A stretch of 64,000 nucleotides of DNA from Octopus vulgaris (GCA_951406725.2 OX597838.1:43648001-43712000), one strand, 5' to 3'; shown: positions 13,136 through 27,865, counted from the first letter of the stretch. Numbers and translations: made by a program. Notes: a model not told the origin generated them from the sequence alone.

Positions 13136-14599
13136 TTGACATTACTACTATTTTGTCGTTCCTTACCTGTTAGATATCTATTTTAGTTTGTGTGTGTAAG
13201 AGAGAGAGAGAGGGGGAGAGAGAGGAGGAGGAGAGACTGATACGAAAGCGAGTGTGAAAGAGAGAGAAAGAGCCAAGCAAAGGTAAATGTCTTTGTTGAA
13301 ATGATACGAAAAGGTGGTATAATTGGATTTATTTTAAAACTAACGATATTCATTTGCTTGTGAAAATATTTACTTCTTCAGGCAGACAAAAAAGACAAAA
13401 AAGGAAAAGTAATAACCGACCAAAAGTCGAACATGTTTGCTCTATTGACTTCTAATTGATATATTGGAAAGTTTCCAAAAATATATAATGAATAACACTA
13501 AATAAATAAATAAATAAGTGAGAAGGAAAACGATGATAGATAGAATTTTCTCTTCTGAGGGATAAAGGGGGGAAAAAAAGAAATGAAAAAAGATAGATAT
13601 AAATAATGTAAAATAAAATAAAATATAATATAAAATTTATCGCTTTTTCAACGAACAGAAAAAGGAAACCAGTTGTCATTTGTTCGCTGGTTTGGTGACA
13701 GATGCTATGAAAATAAAGTTATTTTTCTTAATGGAAAGCAATTATCGATTCCTGTCACAGTCGCAAGGCTACAACTGTTTGAGGGAAAGATACAGTCGAC
13801 GAGTCGATTATACAGAGAGCCGCAATACATGACTGATATTTTATTTTATATAGAATGAATGTAATAGCTTTCTATACTATATCCACGGCAAGTAAGATAT
13901 ACAGATTGCCATTTCTGAACTAATGCTGCTTTTGTTGCTAATAACGCATTTTATTCAGCCCGCAAGTTATTTGCGTAGAAGTGATTCGTTTTACCAAGGC
14001 ATGCGGTTGCTAGTTGATATTGATGACTTCAAAAGGTACAGAAATATCGATCTAGCCATTCCACCGTCGCTGCCGGACACATTTCATCTGCTACTCAGAT
14101 ATTTCTGTGCTTTTTACAACTCTACGTCTACTGGAGAGGTTTTCTCGAGACGAATGCGATAATTTTGTGGCTTTCTATAGTATGTCCACATTAAGTAAGA
14201 TACATAAAATGCTATTCTGAGCCAATTCTATTAAATAAATCTCTTTTGGCCAACCGCTTAGTATACGAGGACGTAAACAAACCAGCACCGGTTGTGAAGC
14301 GGTGTGAGAAGACAAACTAAAAATTAAAACGCGCGCGTGCGTGCACACATACGTGTATACGCACATACATACATGCAACCACACATACGCACACATATAT
14401 TTCGTGTTTCCACACAGCTGACGCCAGCTAAATTCATTCACATGGTTTTGGTCGGCCCCGGGTTGACACTTACACAAAGTATCACGCAGTAACACTGAGC
14501 TCAAAGCCACATGGTGGCAAAGCGAGTTCCTTAACCATACAGCCATGTCTGCTACATGTTCAAAAATATAACTATGTTTCAAGACTCTACCGTTTCTGC

Positions 14600-14665
14600 C
14601 ATATATGTTTATATACACAAATACATACATACATGTGTGTGTGCACGTGTGTGTGTGCGTATACG

Positions 14666-14717
<52 letters not shown>

Positions 14718-14963
14718 CATAAACGCACACACGCACACATATATGTATGTATATGTGTATATATACATACACATATGTATGCATATATATATGTATGTAC
14801 ATATATATATATGTTTGTATATATATGTATGTATGTGTATGTATGTATGTATGTATGTATGTATGTATATATATATATGTATATATGTATGTATGTATGT
14901 ATATATATATATGTATATATGTATGTATGTATGTATATATATATATGTATATATATATATATG

Positions 14964-15015
<52 letters not shown>

Positions 15016-15030
15016 CATGTATATGTGTGT
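14600..15030. repeat. (CA)n/(TA)n/(TATG)n compound microsatellite
   Basis: Direct inspection. Confidence 0.95.
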
Positions 15031-16193
15031 ATAAATAATCAGAAAGCGGAGAAACCGTCAGATTAACAAACCCATCGATTGGACCCCATTTACAGCTTAT
15101 TTTTTTAAGTACAAAGTATGCCATGACATAACAAATAGGTGACGTAACATATCGACCGTTTCCGATCCATTGCCAAAATGCTGTCTATAAATAAATGCGA
15201 GAATAAAGTTCTTCACCTTCGTAGGACATTCGAATTAAGGCACAGAGCTTCTTCAGATTAAAAAGAAAAAACAAGAGCATACAATATAAACAAATGGAAG
15301 AAGGAAAAGGAAAGAAAACATAGCCTAGAAAAAAGTCTAGAAGCCCAATATGTTAAAAGCATATAATTTACCATCTAGGGGCTACGAGGTCCGTAGGTAA
15401 AAGAGTGAGCTAATAATGGTCTAGGGAATACTAAAATTTATTAACGGTTAGTTGCAATTTAATGTGTAGGAGGCGCAGGATGTTTAAAAATTTTAAGAAA
15501 AGAAGTTATCAAGAAAATATATATTAGGAAAATGACTAACATGAATATCAAAGGGCGGTACCTACGTTAACGAAGTAAACTCCAGAAGGTCATGTTTCCT
15601 CGCGCTCGCCAGTTACCTATCTCGTCCCAGCCAGAACAAAGGCCTTCGTTCGTCTTTTTCGTTTGTTCTCTTGTTTATTTTTGATTTCTCGTATTGCAAT
15701 TTAATTCTCGTTATGTATTTTCTTGTACATGTATCTTTATTTTGTATTATTTATTTTTTTCTTGTATGTATTTTTTTGTGCAGTTCTTTTTGTGTTACAT
15801 TTTTTCTCGCTCGTTTACCCCTCTACGAGTTTATTTTATTTTAATTCTCTCGTAGGAAGGACTAGCTTGACTATACGTGTTCTGTCTCTGCCTTCGAAAC
15901 ACGTGTCTGCTAGCGACAGCTGATGAAGGGGATTTTTCCATGTGCAGCATGTCCTGTACTTCGTTTTTCTGCTGCACATAATTGTTTTTCCCGTTTTCGT
16001 TTTCGTTTCGTCTTGTTCCACGTCTCTGTCCTTCTGTTGTAACAAAATGTCTTTTCCGTTTTCGTTCTGTTGATTTTTTCGACTTCCTGTGATGTCCTGT
16101 ACGTTTATATATATTTATATATGCATGTATATATACATGTAGATGTCGGTACGTACATATATGTTTGTATGTATGCATATATTTTATTTATTA

Positions 16194-16237
<44 letters not shown>

Positions 16238-16542
16238 AATATAGGAAAATTTTTTTATAAATGGCCAGCATATTAAAAATACATCTAAAGGTTAAATCTA
16301 TAAGCAACTTATAAACAAGGGCAAAAGAAAAAAATGCCAAATATGCCGAAAATAGACAAATTATCATATAATTTATCACCGTGGGTATGGGTAAGTATTT
16401 CATTTATTTCTTACGTATTTATCGCTGACGAGGAGAAAATTCTTATGAATTAACTCTGAAATTGGGACCGATACGATAATAACGAAACTTTTTTAGAAAT
16501 TTCTGTCGGCTTACTTCGAGACGCGTACTTATAGTGATAAGT

Positions 16543-16633
<91 letters not shown>

Positions 16634-16944
16634 ATATTTATATTAATTAGTGGTTATGTTAGTCTCATGAAGGAATAGTGTCATCCAAGGAAATACTGGT
16701 TCAATACTTAATATTTTGGGGTAACTGATAATAATAGGTATGTATATAAACTGAAGTTTGTATTTATATAAAGGAAGAAGAAGAAAACAGAGGTTGTGAA
16801 GTTAATAAGAGTTTATGTTCAGAAATATTAACTTAATATTTATTTAATTCACTGTGCATAATTGAAACAGCTGTAAGAAACAATGATAAAGTTGTTGATA
16901 ATAAACTCTTAAACTTCGCAATCTCCATTTTCTTCTTCTTCCTT

Positions 16945-17476
<532 letters not shown>

Positions 17477-17500
17477 ATGTGTGTGTGTGTGTATACATAC

Positions 17501-17531
<31 letters not shown>

Positions 17532-17604
17532 CATACATACATACATACATACATACATACATACATACATACATACGTATACATACATACATACATACAT
17601 ACAT

Positions 17605-17643
<39 letters not shown>

Positions 17644-19124
17644 CATAATCTTTACTCTTTTACTTTTTTACTTGTTTCAGTCATTTGACTGTGGTCATGC
17701 TGGAGCACCACCTTTAGTCGAGCAAATCGACCCCAGGACTTATTCTTTGTAAGCCTAGTACTTATTCTAGCGATCTCTTTTGCCGAACCCTTAAGTTACG
17801 GGGACACCAGATGGAGTACTTTTTGTTGATCCCCACCTCTCTCTCTCTATATATATATGTACGTGTGTGTGTATGTGTGTGTGACTGTGTCTGTGTCATT
17901 GTATTCGTGCTTGACCCCACCCGCATACCAACTGTAACCGGTGTTATTTCATTTATGGTTCCTGTAATTTAGTGTTTGAACAAATGAAACCGACAATGTT
18001 AACACCCGAATTTAAAAACAAATATGAACTGGAGCCAATTTGTTCAAGTAAGACTCTTCGAGGCGGCGCCAGCATGGTAACAAACATTCGATTGAGTGAA
18101 AGAAGTAAAAGATGAAAGAGGGCCGACACCAAATCCAAGAACAAGGTTATTCGCAGGTTACGAATTATATATTATTCACTCTGTTCTGTGGAGCAGAAAC
18201 TTGGATAATAACGAAAGTATTATTGGATAGATTAAGGGCCTTTGAGATATAGAGATAGAGAAGAAAATACTTTTGTGAATATCATGGAGAGAAATCAAGG
18301 ACCCATAAATAATGAAATACTACGAAGGTAGTGAAGATTCGTGGATTAGTGGGTAAAGTGTTGCACTCACGATTTTGCGATCATGGTTTCGATTCGGGGA
18401 CCAGGTAATGAGTTGTGTTTTTGCGGAAAAAAAGTTCATTTCCCGTCGCTCCAGTCCACTCAGATGTAATGAGTAGCACTGCAACGGACTGCCATCCCAT
18501 TCAGGGGATGATGCTGAGATTTCGATCCCATACACGCCTTGGAAACCGGGTAACTGGCCGTATGAGTCCTATAAATCGATGCTAGCTTTACTTCACGTTG
18601 CTAAGAATTTGAAAAACCAAGAAAATTTTAGGTGATACCATCAGAGAAAACTAAACATATTTTGAACGCATATATCTCAAAAAAAAAAAAAGAAAAAAAG
18701 AAGGAAAATGGTTTGCAGAAAATTTTTGAGCAGAAAGCAAAATGAAAAGGAAGAGAGGAAGAGCAAATCCCCAAATTACTCTTGCATAGATAATATCAAG
18801 ATTTGGAGAGATTTCAAATATTGTGAATACATAAGACTTAAATATAGTGAACCAGGGTATTCCGCCGGCACGAAGACGGTAAACGATATCTGATGCAGAT
18901 GAATATAGTAACTTGAAAAATCAATTAAATGAGATTTTTCATAAAGTCAGCAGAGAAAAGCTCCTCCGAGGGATGATGAAAATTCGTGAAAAATGAAGAT
19001 AAACGAGGAAAAGACAACCTAATCCCGAAAATAAAATTAATTAATTTTTGTAAAATATAAATGACGCAGATGGCAGTGAGACAACATGTCCGCTGTTATT
19101 GTTTTATCCCAAGTTAGCTCGGAG

Positions 19125-19516
19125 TGGAGGCGCAATGGCCCAGTGGTTAGGGCAGTGGACTCGCGATCGGAGGATCGCGGTTTCGATTCCCAGGCCGGGC
19201 GTTGTGTGGGGTTTTTTTGAGGAAAAACACCTAAAGGCTCCACGAGGCTCCGGCAGGGGGTGGTGGCGACCCCTGTTGTACTCTTTCTCCCACCCTTTCT
19301 TCCTGTTTCTTGAGTAACGCTGCGATGGACTGGCGTCCCGTCCAGCTGGTATTTCGTCTGCCTTTACATTCCGAGTTCAAATTCCGCCGAGGTCGACTTT
19401 GCCTTTCATCCTTTCCGGGTCGATAGATTAGATATCAGTGAAGTACTAGGGTCGATGTGATCGACTTAGCCCCCTACCCCAAAATTTCGGGTCTTGTGCC
19501 TACAGTAGAAACGATT
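19125..19516 (+). mobile_element. SINE family C fused to a family B body
   Basis: Family C head 19125-19348, then GGTATTTCGTCTG...GAGTTCAAATTCCGCCGAGGTCGAC (family B). Confidence 0.8.
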
Positions 19517-19547
19517 ATACACACACACACACACATATATGTGTGTG

Positions 19548-19604
<57 letters not shown>

Positions 19605-19605
<1 letters not shown>

Positions 19606-20913
19606 TCAATCAATGGTGGGGTTGTGTTGACCGCACGTGGAGAAATGATAAGTAAGGAAAATTTTTTTAAAAATGCAGAATGCTCAAATGAAAGAAAATT
19701 TTAATAAAATGAGAAATTGATAAAATATATAAATATATATTTATTCAACCGGTTTTCGTCATTGTATGACTTGTCAAGAATATTTATGTTTTAAGAAGTT
19801 TTTTTTTAAATTAGAAAGGGGAAAAAAAGAAAATTGCATTGTTTTTTGCAAAAGAATAATGATAAAAATGTACAAAAATTAAAAAATAAAAAAATAAGTA
19901 CTCCGATACATTGTGAGTTCGTTGTGTATCTTGAGTTTTATGATTGTTCACGAAAAAATTACCTTGAGGTATTAAGATCCAAAGGGATTAAGAGCATGTG
20001 TTGTGTGGTTTAATTCAGCATGTTGGCAGGACAGGAAGTAGTAGTAATTGTGGTTCTTCAGTTCCTGTGTTGTGAGTAAGGGGAGACAACTCTTTTGAGT
20101 TCTTCGATAATATGGTAAAACCCAAATTATAAAATTATCATTTTAGCTTCATTTGCGTTATCTTTTTCATATAATTGCTTGTTAACTTAACTTTCAGATT
20201 TTAACACTTTATTTATATTATTTTCTAATTATATAAATCTGCATAGACAATTGTATTTCAAATTGTCATATCATTTATAATAAAAATTATAGTAATAACA
20301 ACAATAGTAAAAATGATATTTAAAGAATATAAGTTTTAGCTTGAAGTGATGAATGCATGGTATCTTTATATATTTGTGTTAGTCCATCCATGAAGAGTGA
20401 GGTAGAAAAAGGAAGTTTGATCAACGAGGAGTTTGCATATTAAGTTGTGTTTGGAATTTTTCAATAAAGAGATTCTCCTTGTTAATTCTCTCCTGTGTGG
20501 TGATCCCGTCTTTACATTGGTAGAAGGGGAATATATAGAATTTGGGGTTTAAGTCTTTAGCACATGAGTCTAAGTGGTCACTCAGTGGAATTTGTCGGTA
20601 TTCCGGGAGATTTATTTGTTCTTTATGCACCGTTACTCGTTTACGTAACGGGAGACTCGTTTGTCCAACATAATTATGTTGGCAACCAGCGCATGTGAAA
20701 ACGTAGATAAGGTTCTCGGAGGAACAGGAGAAGTTAGTCTTGATTTTAAACTTCGTACCTTGTTAACTTTTTAAAACATAAATATTCTTGACAAGTCATA
20801 CAATGACGAAAACCGGTTGAATAAATATATATTTATATATTTTATCAATTTCTCATTTTATTAAAATTTTCTTTCATTTGAGCATTCTGCATTTTTAAAA
20901 AAATTTTTCCTTA

Positions 20914-20918
<5 letters not shown>
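19605..20918 (-). mobile_element. 5'-truncated Penelope-like element with inverted pseudo-LTR
   Basis: About 150-bp inverted arms (19648-19800 and 20765-20918) flank a GIY-YIG domain; each arm carries a hammerhead-like motif. Confidence 0.88.
20421..20762 (-). pseudogene. Penelope-type GIY-YIG endonuclease domain (C-terminal ORF fragment)
   Basis: Frame reads FSCSSENLIYVFTCAGCQHNYVGQTSLPLRKRVTVHKEQ...LSDHLDSC...ERINKENLFIEKFQTQLN. Confidence 0.9.
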
Positions 20919-20984
<66 letters not shown>

Positions 20985-20986
<2 letters not shown>

Positions 20987-21669
20987 GGAAACGACATACT
21001 GTACTGCTTGGCATTCTAGCCAGAAGCTCCAGTGTGAACCTTTCAGAGTGTTTGGGTGTCAACCTGAGGACAATGCAATTTGAGGACATGTACCTAGAGT
21101 GGAGTGATGAACACCATGGAGTTATGATGAACCTCCATTCATCATAACACGGCCTCAGACTCAACATGGAGACGTACATCACGTGCTTGGGGGAGGTACC
21201 CTGGGTGAAGAGGGTGGATACGGGAAGACCGTGTTTGGCAACAGGACTCTGCACTATGCCGCACAGGCAGGAAAACACAGTCATGGCTGTCAGACAATTT
21301 CTGCGACCACATCACTCCTAAAATCTGACCACCTAACACCCCAGACTGCAACCCCCTTGATTATTATGTGTGGGGCGCAGTTGAGCGAGAGACCAACAAA
21401 ACTCCTTGTAACACCAAAGAAAAACTGAAGGCAAGGATTATGGCAGCATTCACCAACTTAAACAAGGAGACCGTCCAGAAGAGTTGCAGGAGGTTCGGAA
21501 GTCGTCTGGAGGCCGTGGTTGAAGCCAATGGCAACTTCATTGAATAAATTTAATCTTTAGTATTTCAAGGTATTTTTTTGTAATTTTGGTAAATATATCT
21601 GTTTAAAATGAAATGTCTGTTATTTTCATTTTTGCGTTATTTAGATGACAGTTTATTCACTGCACCCTG
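20985..21669 (+). mobile_element. DD37D (maT-type) Tc1/mariner transposon remnant
   Basis: HTH start ...LSECLGVNLRT; QQDSA...(W)PPNTPDCNPLDYYVWGAVE gives 37-aa D-D spacing after frameshift correction; right TIR GACAGTTTATTCACTGCACCCTG. Confidence 0.8.
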
Positions 21670-21670
21670 A

Positions 21671-21711
<41 letters not shown>

Positions 21712-23082
21712 CATACACACACATACATATATACATATATATAATATATATACATATATATAATATATATATATATATATACATATATATATACATATAT
21801 ATATGTGTGTGTGTAAACATGCAAATACGCACAAATACAGAAGTATAGTTTTCTACTCTAGGTACAAGGCCCGAAATTTCGCGAGAGGGGGCCAGTTAAT
21901 TAGATCAACCCAGTACGCAACTGGTACTTAATTTATCGTTCCCGAAAGGATGAGAGGCAAAGTCGACCTCGGCGGAATTTGAACTCAGAACATAAAGACA
22001 GACAAACACATACAGAAATACTGGAAAATCAGTAGGCATACGATGATAAGATTTATCTAATAATTGTTTTCTCAGTATTTCTTAATGTAGATCCCCAACC
22101 CGCTTTCATTGAATAGAGAAAAACAATATCCGGAGTTTAGCTGTGTTTATTATAGTAAAAGTAGCGTTGTTTTCATACGAAATGAAATTCCTTAACCGCT
22201 CCCCGTAAACATTCAACCCTGCTCAAACGACACTCCTTAACCTCAGCACAAAGTTCTTCCTTAAAGGAAAATATGAACAAAACATTAAAAAGAAGGAACA
22301 GGAACTACCCTATGAATCTTTCGAGACACTTGGTAAAAAAACATGAATGATTGACGACATGCTGTGAGCCTTATAGAAGACCCGAAATAAACAGATATAC
22401 AAATATATCAAATTAAAATATACCGAGGAATCGTAAGCTTGGCGGGAGTTGTAAAATAATGAGAAAAATGTAATTTGTTCAAGTCAGAAGAAGAATTTTT
22501 TTTATTATGGACGCCGACGAATACGATGTACAACAAGTGATATATTTCGTGATAACATCAAATTTATCAAAATTAGGAAAGACACCAGTGTTAAAGTAAA
22601 AATCAAACACAACAAATTAATTTGCTAGTGCCTGTTCTCAAACTGGGCCAATCCTTTAGCCCTATATTGTTGTATTGCACTATTAAGACATACAATCAAA
22701 ATAATCATCTCTTGCAAATCAAGACGCCAATATTAGAATTACTAAACTACATAATGCTGTGTCCTCGCTTGTCCTCCCACCAACCGGTGGACAATTGGTG
22801 GTGGTTTATTTACTCTCCCGCAATTTAGCGATTCGGCAATATACATATAGAGTCAACAGGTGAAATCCAGAGATGATCATTAAAGAACATACGTAGCAGA
22901 GCTCAAATCGTTTGAACTTACACTCCGCAGTCTTTATCGAGGACTAAGTCCGTGCAGTAAAGAGTGACTATAAGAGTAAAAAAAATCCAGGTGAGCTTAT
23001 ATGAAGATTATGATGCAGATGAACGCGATTAGGCTTTATATGTATAAAATATCGATACATATGCACATGTAAATATATGAAG

Positions 23083-23320
23083 TGGAGGCGCGTGGCTTAG
23101 TGGTTAAGGTGTCAGCATCATGATCGTAAGATTGTGGTTTCGATTCCTGGACCGGGCGACGCATTGTGTTCTTGAGCAAAACACTTCATTTCACGTTGCT
23201 CCAGGCCACTCAGCTGGCAAAAAGGAGTAACGCTGCGATGGACTGGCGTCCCGTCCAGCTGGGGAACACATACGCCATACAAACCGGGAAACCGGGCCCA
23301 TGATCCTGTCTAGGCTTTAA
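23083..23320 (+). mobile_element. SINE family C-related
   Basis: GGAGGCGCGTGGCTTAGTGGTTAAGG...GGTTTCGATTCCTGG tRNA-like head. Confidence 0.8.
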
Positions 23321-23713
23321 AAAAGGGTGCATTTATTTTTAAATACATAAAGGGATATAAACAGAGATAAAGAAATCCTGAAAATTTTCAAAAGATGAAC
23401 ACTCGTGTATATGCATATAGATATTTATATATTTACAAAATAAATGAATATGTATGGAGTACAAAAAGTACAGAAAACTCTCCTCAGGTTTCTCTATAAT
23501 TTTTACTCCATATAAAATCATTTATTTTGTAAATATATAAATATCTATTTGCTTATACATGAGTGTTCATCATTTGAATAATTTCAGCTTTTGTTCATCT
23601 CTATACACATCCCTATATATCCATCCATCTCTATATATCCATCCACCCCTATATATAGACCATACATCAAGCTCAAGCATGTTTACCTGCATCACTATCT
23701 CCATATTTCTACC

Positions 23714-23758
<45 letters not shown>

Positions 23759-23762
23759 AGTA

Positions 23763-23807
<45 letters not shown>

Positions 23808-23997
23808 TCCCTTACTTGTTCAGACATTTGACTGTGGCCATGGTGGAGCACTGCCTTTGGTCGAACAAATCAACCCCACGACTTATACTTTGTACACCTA
23901 GTACTTATTTTATCGGTCTCTTTTGCCGAACCGCTAAGTTACGGGAACGTAAACACACCACCATCAGTTGTCATGCGATGTTGGGGGGACAAACACA

Positions 23998-24042
<45 letters not shown>

Positions 24043-24190
24043 GACGAGCTTGTTTCAGTTTCCGTCTACCAAATCCACTCACAAGGCTTTGGTCGGCCTT
24101 GGAGGCTATAGTAGAAGACACTTGCCCAAGGTGCCACGCAGTGGGACTGAACCCGGAACCATGTGGTTGGGAAGCAAACTACTTACCATA
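23808..24190 (-). mobile_element. SINE family A
   Basis: Full head, central (CA)n and tail. Confidence 0.88.
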
Positions 24191-24253
24191 GAGTCACATA
24201 CATAAATATTATATATACACTCAAACACACACACACCCTCACACACATGCACA

Positions 24254-24309
<56 letters not shown>

Positions 24310-24734
24310 TAAAAAATGTTTGTCAACAACAAACCTTTGATAAACTCAGTGGCTACTACTAACTCAAGGCCACGAGAGAGAGGATGCTCTTGAAGCCAAG
24401 AATTTGAACTTACAGGGACAATATTTATATATCGCCTGAGGAAACACAACTAGATCTCATAATGCAGGGAAACGGTTGCATAATCAAGTACTTGTACGCC
24501 TGGAGAACTACTTTACGTAGATATAATTGTAGTGATTGAAAATAAATGTCCAACCGAACACCTTCTTGTTGACTGCAACTTTTTCCAGTTATCTATTCAC
24601 ACACTAAAGAAGCCCAAACACAAACCTAGAAGTACATGTAACACTAGCACTGGATGGCAGAGGGTAAATCTGAAGGTGGACGAGATTTATACTGAACTGT
24701 ATTACGTTCTTAACAGAATATACCATAACTTATG

Positions 24735-25295
24735 TATTTCTTTACTACCCACAAGGGGCTAAACACAGAGGGGACAAGCAAAGACAGACAAAGGGATTAA
24801 GTCGATTACATCGACCCAGTGCGAAACTGGTACTTTATTTATCGACCCCGAGAGGATGAAAGGCAAAGTCGACCTCGGCAGAATTCGAACCCAGAACGTA
24901 GTGACAGACGAAATACCTATTTCTTTACTACCCACAAGGGGTTAAACACAGAGCGGACAAACAAGGACAGACAAACGGATTAAGGGATTTTATCGACCCC
25001 AGTGCGTAACTGGTACTTATCAGACGAAATACGGCTACGCATTTCGCCCGGCGTGCTAACGATTCTGCCAGCTCGCCATGTATGCATATAGTAGCTTCCT
25101 CTATATTGATTTCAAATATTGGCACAACACCAGCGATTTCGGGGGAGGGAGGAAGTCAATTGCTTCGACCCTAGTGCTGTACTGTTGCTTATTTTATGGA
25201 CCCCGGAAGGATGAAAGGTAAAGTTCACCTCGGTGGAATTTGAAGTCAGGATTTAAAGACGAACGAAATGACACCAAGCGTTTTATCCGGCTTGC
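24735..25295 (-). mobile_element. SINE family B tandem copies
   Basis: Repeated GGATGAAAGGCAAAGTCGACCTCGG and ...TTTCTTTACTACCCACAAGGGG units. Confidence 0.85.
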
Positions 25296-25744
25296 CCACC
25301 TGTAAATTTCGCCTGTACATGCTTCCGGCATTGTTTTTCTGATATCTGCTGTCGCTTTTGTGTCGAATCCCTGGAATAATTAATTCCACAAGTGTAACGA
25401 AAGTGGTTGTATCTAAAACATCATTTAATACAAAACATTAATCTATTGTCATTGCATGAAGTTTGTATTTCCAGGAAGTAACGTAAAAAGAAAGAAAAAA
25501 AACCCAGTAAATATTCATGAGGGGAATAAATAAAGTTTTCGCGAATTCATGAATTTCTATATTTTATGTATTAAAATAAATATAAATATTCATGAGAATA
25601 GGAACTAAATTTTCTTTAACCTGCGCCAAAGAAGCTCATTGTGGTCACCGCATATTGATTTCTACTTGGAAAATAAACGACACCAACACTAAATCGTATT
25701 TATTATTTGTTGGTAGAAATGTTTTTATTTTGTGAATTCGCTAT

Positions 25745-26090
25745 TACTCTTTTATTTGTTTCAGTCATTTGAGTGCGGCCATGCTGGAGCACCGCCTTTA
25801 GTCGAGCAAATCGACCCCGGGACTTATTCTTTGTAAGCCTAGTACTTATTCTATCGGTCTCTCTTGCCGAACCGCTAAGTGACGGGGACGTAAACACACC
25901 AGCCTCGGTTGGGACGCAAACACACACACACACACGACGGGCTTCTTTCAGTTTCCGTCTACCAAATCCCCTCACAAGGCTTTGGTCGGCCCGAGGCTAT
26001 AGTAGACGACACTTGCCCAAGAACCATATGGTTGGTAACCCAGAACCCAGAACCATATGGTTGGTAAGCAAGCTACTTACCACGCAGCCG
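25745..26090 (-). mobile_element. SINE family A
   Basis: Diagnostic head and tail motifs. Confidence 0.88.
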
Positions 26091-26297
26091 TACTCTTCCA
26101 GTTGTTATATGTTATAACTTGTTGCTTGAACAAGTCTCTCGACTGAGAATTGCAGCTGCTGGTCGTACTAGAGCTGACAGTTCACACTGTTCTGGAAGCT
26201 TGCCAGGCAGAGACTTTGCGTTTATTTTCAAAGTGGATCAATGCTTGGTTGTATATGGTGGAAGTAAACTCTGGGCTTGACAACTGAAAAAACTCTT

Positions 26298-26530
26298 ATT
26301 TCTTTATTGCCTACAAGGGGCTAAACATAGAGGGGAGAAACAAGGACAGACAAACGGATTAAGTCGATTATATCGACTCCAGTGCGTAACTGTTACATAT
26401 TTAATCGACCCCAAAAGGATGAAAGGTAAAGTCGACCTCGGCGGAATTTGAACTCACAACGTAGCGGCAGACGAAATAGCGCTAAGCATTTCGCCCGGCG
26501 TGCTAACGATTCTGCCAGCTCACCGCCTTT
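26298..26530 (-). mobile_element. SINE family B (full monomer)
   Basis: Minus strand GGCGGTGAGCTGGCAGAATCGTTAGC...GAGTTCAAATTCC...AAAGAAATAAG. Confidence 0.88.
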
Positions 26531-27063
26531 TAAGAGGCCATCGCCTCTAGCTAGCTATATGAGGTCAGCCGCTTCCCCTTACTGCAGTATGTCACCTGTC
26601 GTGCTGTCCGGATGTTTATACCAGAATTACTCAGACTTAAATGGTAAAGGCATCCACTGTTGCTCCTCGGGAGCACATTTTCCAAAATTGGCGCCGTTTA
26701 AACAATTTTCTTTTCATTTATGCGATAAAAGTGGAATCTTTTTTGTTTTCCGCTAATCGCTTGGCCTTCGAAGAACCTTCTGCAGTCATAACTTAATTTG
26801 ACCAGCCTCCCATGTTTTTGAACTATCTGCTCAATCTGCTGTGTTGTGTTGGTGGCTGTCGACACCAGAAGAAGCAGAACAAACGCTGACGTCATAAGCT
26901 TTCGACACTTGGTTCGATCACGTGGACGTTCATCTTTATCCGTCACACCTCGCCCAGTCGCTGCTCAGCCACAGACGTAAAAGGACGTTGTGGCTGGATC
27001 GCGAAATTCATGAATGCCGAACGCAATCACGTATGTTCCTTCCTTCCTTCCTTCCTTCCTTCC

Positions 27064-27523
27064 TGGTTTCAGTCATTTGTCTGCGGCCATGCTGGAGCAC
27101 CGACTTAAGGGGTCTTATTCGAGCAAATCGAACCCCAGGACTTATTCTTTGTAAGCCTAGTACTTATTCTATCGATTACTTTTGTCGAACTGCTCAGTTA
27201 AAGGGACGTAAACATACCAACATCGGTTGTCAGGTGATAGTGGAGGACAACACAGACACAAAGACACACACACACATAAATATATACATCCATACTTACA
27301 CACACACGCACACACAAACACACGCACACGCACACGCACGCACACACACACGTATATATATATATGCATGTGTATACGATGGACTTCTTTCAGTTTCCAT
27401 CTTTCAAATCCACTCACAAAGCTTTGGTCGGCGTGAGGCCATAGTAGAAGACACTTGCTCAAGTTGTCACGCAGTGGGACTGAACCGGAATCATTCTGAT
27501 TGGGAAGGAAGCTTCTTACCGCA
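27064..27523 (-). mobile_element. SINE family A
   Basis: Diagnostic motifs. Confidence 0.82.
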
Positions 27524-27810
27524 CGTAACTAATGAAATATTTCGCACAATATCAGAGGTTCAAATTGTTTGGTACGTATCACAGGACCCTTTTTTTTATG
27601 AGTTCACTCTCACTAACTTAGAACCTGGCTACTCTATTAACTGGACATTGCTACCTCGAACCCTCGAAGCCGCTTACCAGATTTTTATGCGGTTTATATG
27701 ACTGATATCACAACATTTCCTCTGAATTGGGAAGCAAGTTTGTCACAGATTTATTCATTTAAAGCTTAGGACTGGCGCAACGTGGAGAGATGTTTTGCCC
27801 CCCCTCTCTC

Positions 27811-27865
<55 letters not shown>

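Noticed and set aside
13923-14162. 79-aa ORF in unique sequence
   Set aside because: No recognisable motif; length compatible with chance.
15150-15256. CUGAAGA...GAAACGGUC on the minus strand, and CUGAGGA...GAAACGGUU at 24434-24480
   Set aside because: Stems I and II are not convincingly paired; at most heavily decayed HHRs.
18600-18850. Possible RTE-type LINE 3' remnant, and an RT-like trace at 22350-22700
   Set aside because: Too degraded to support a call by eye.
26698-26946. 82-aa ORF with a signal-peptide-like stretch (MTSAFVLLLLVSTA)
   Set aside because: Short, no recognisable family, and no splice or expression support visible.
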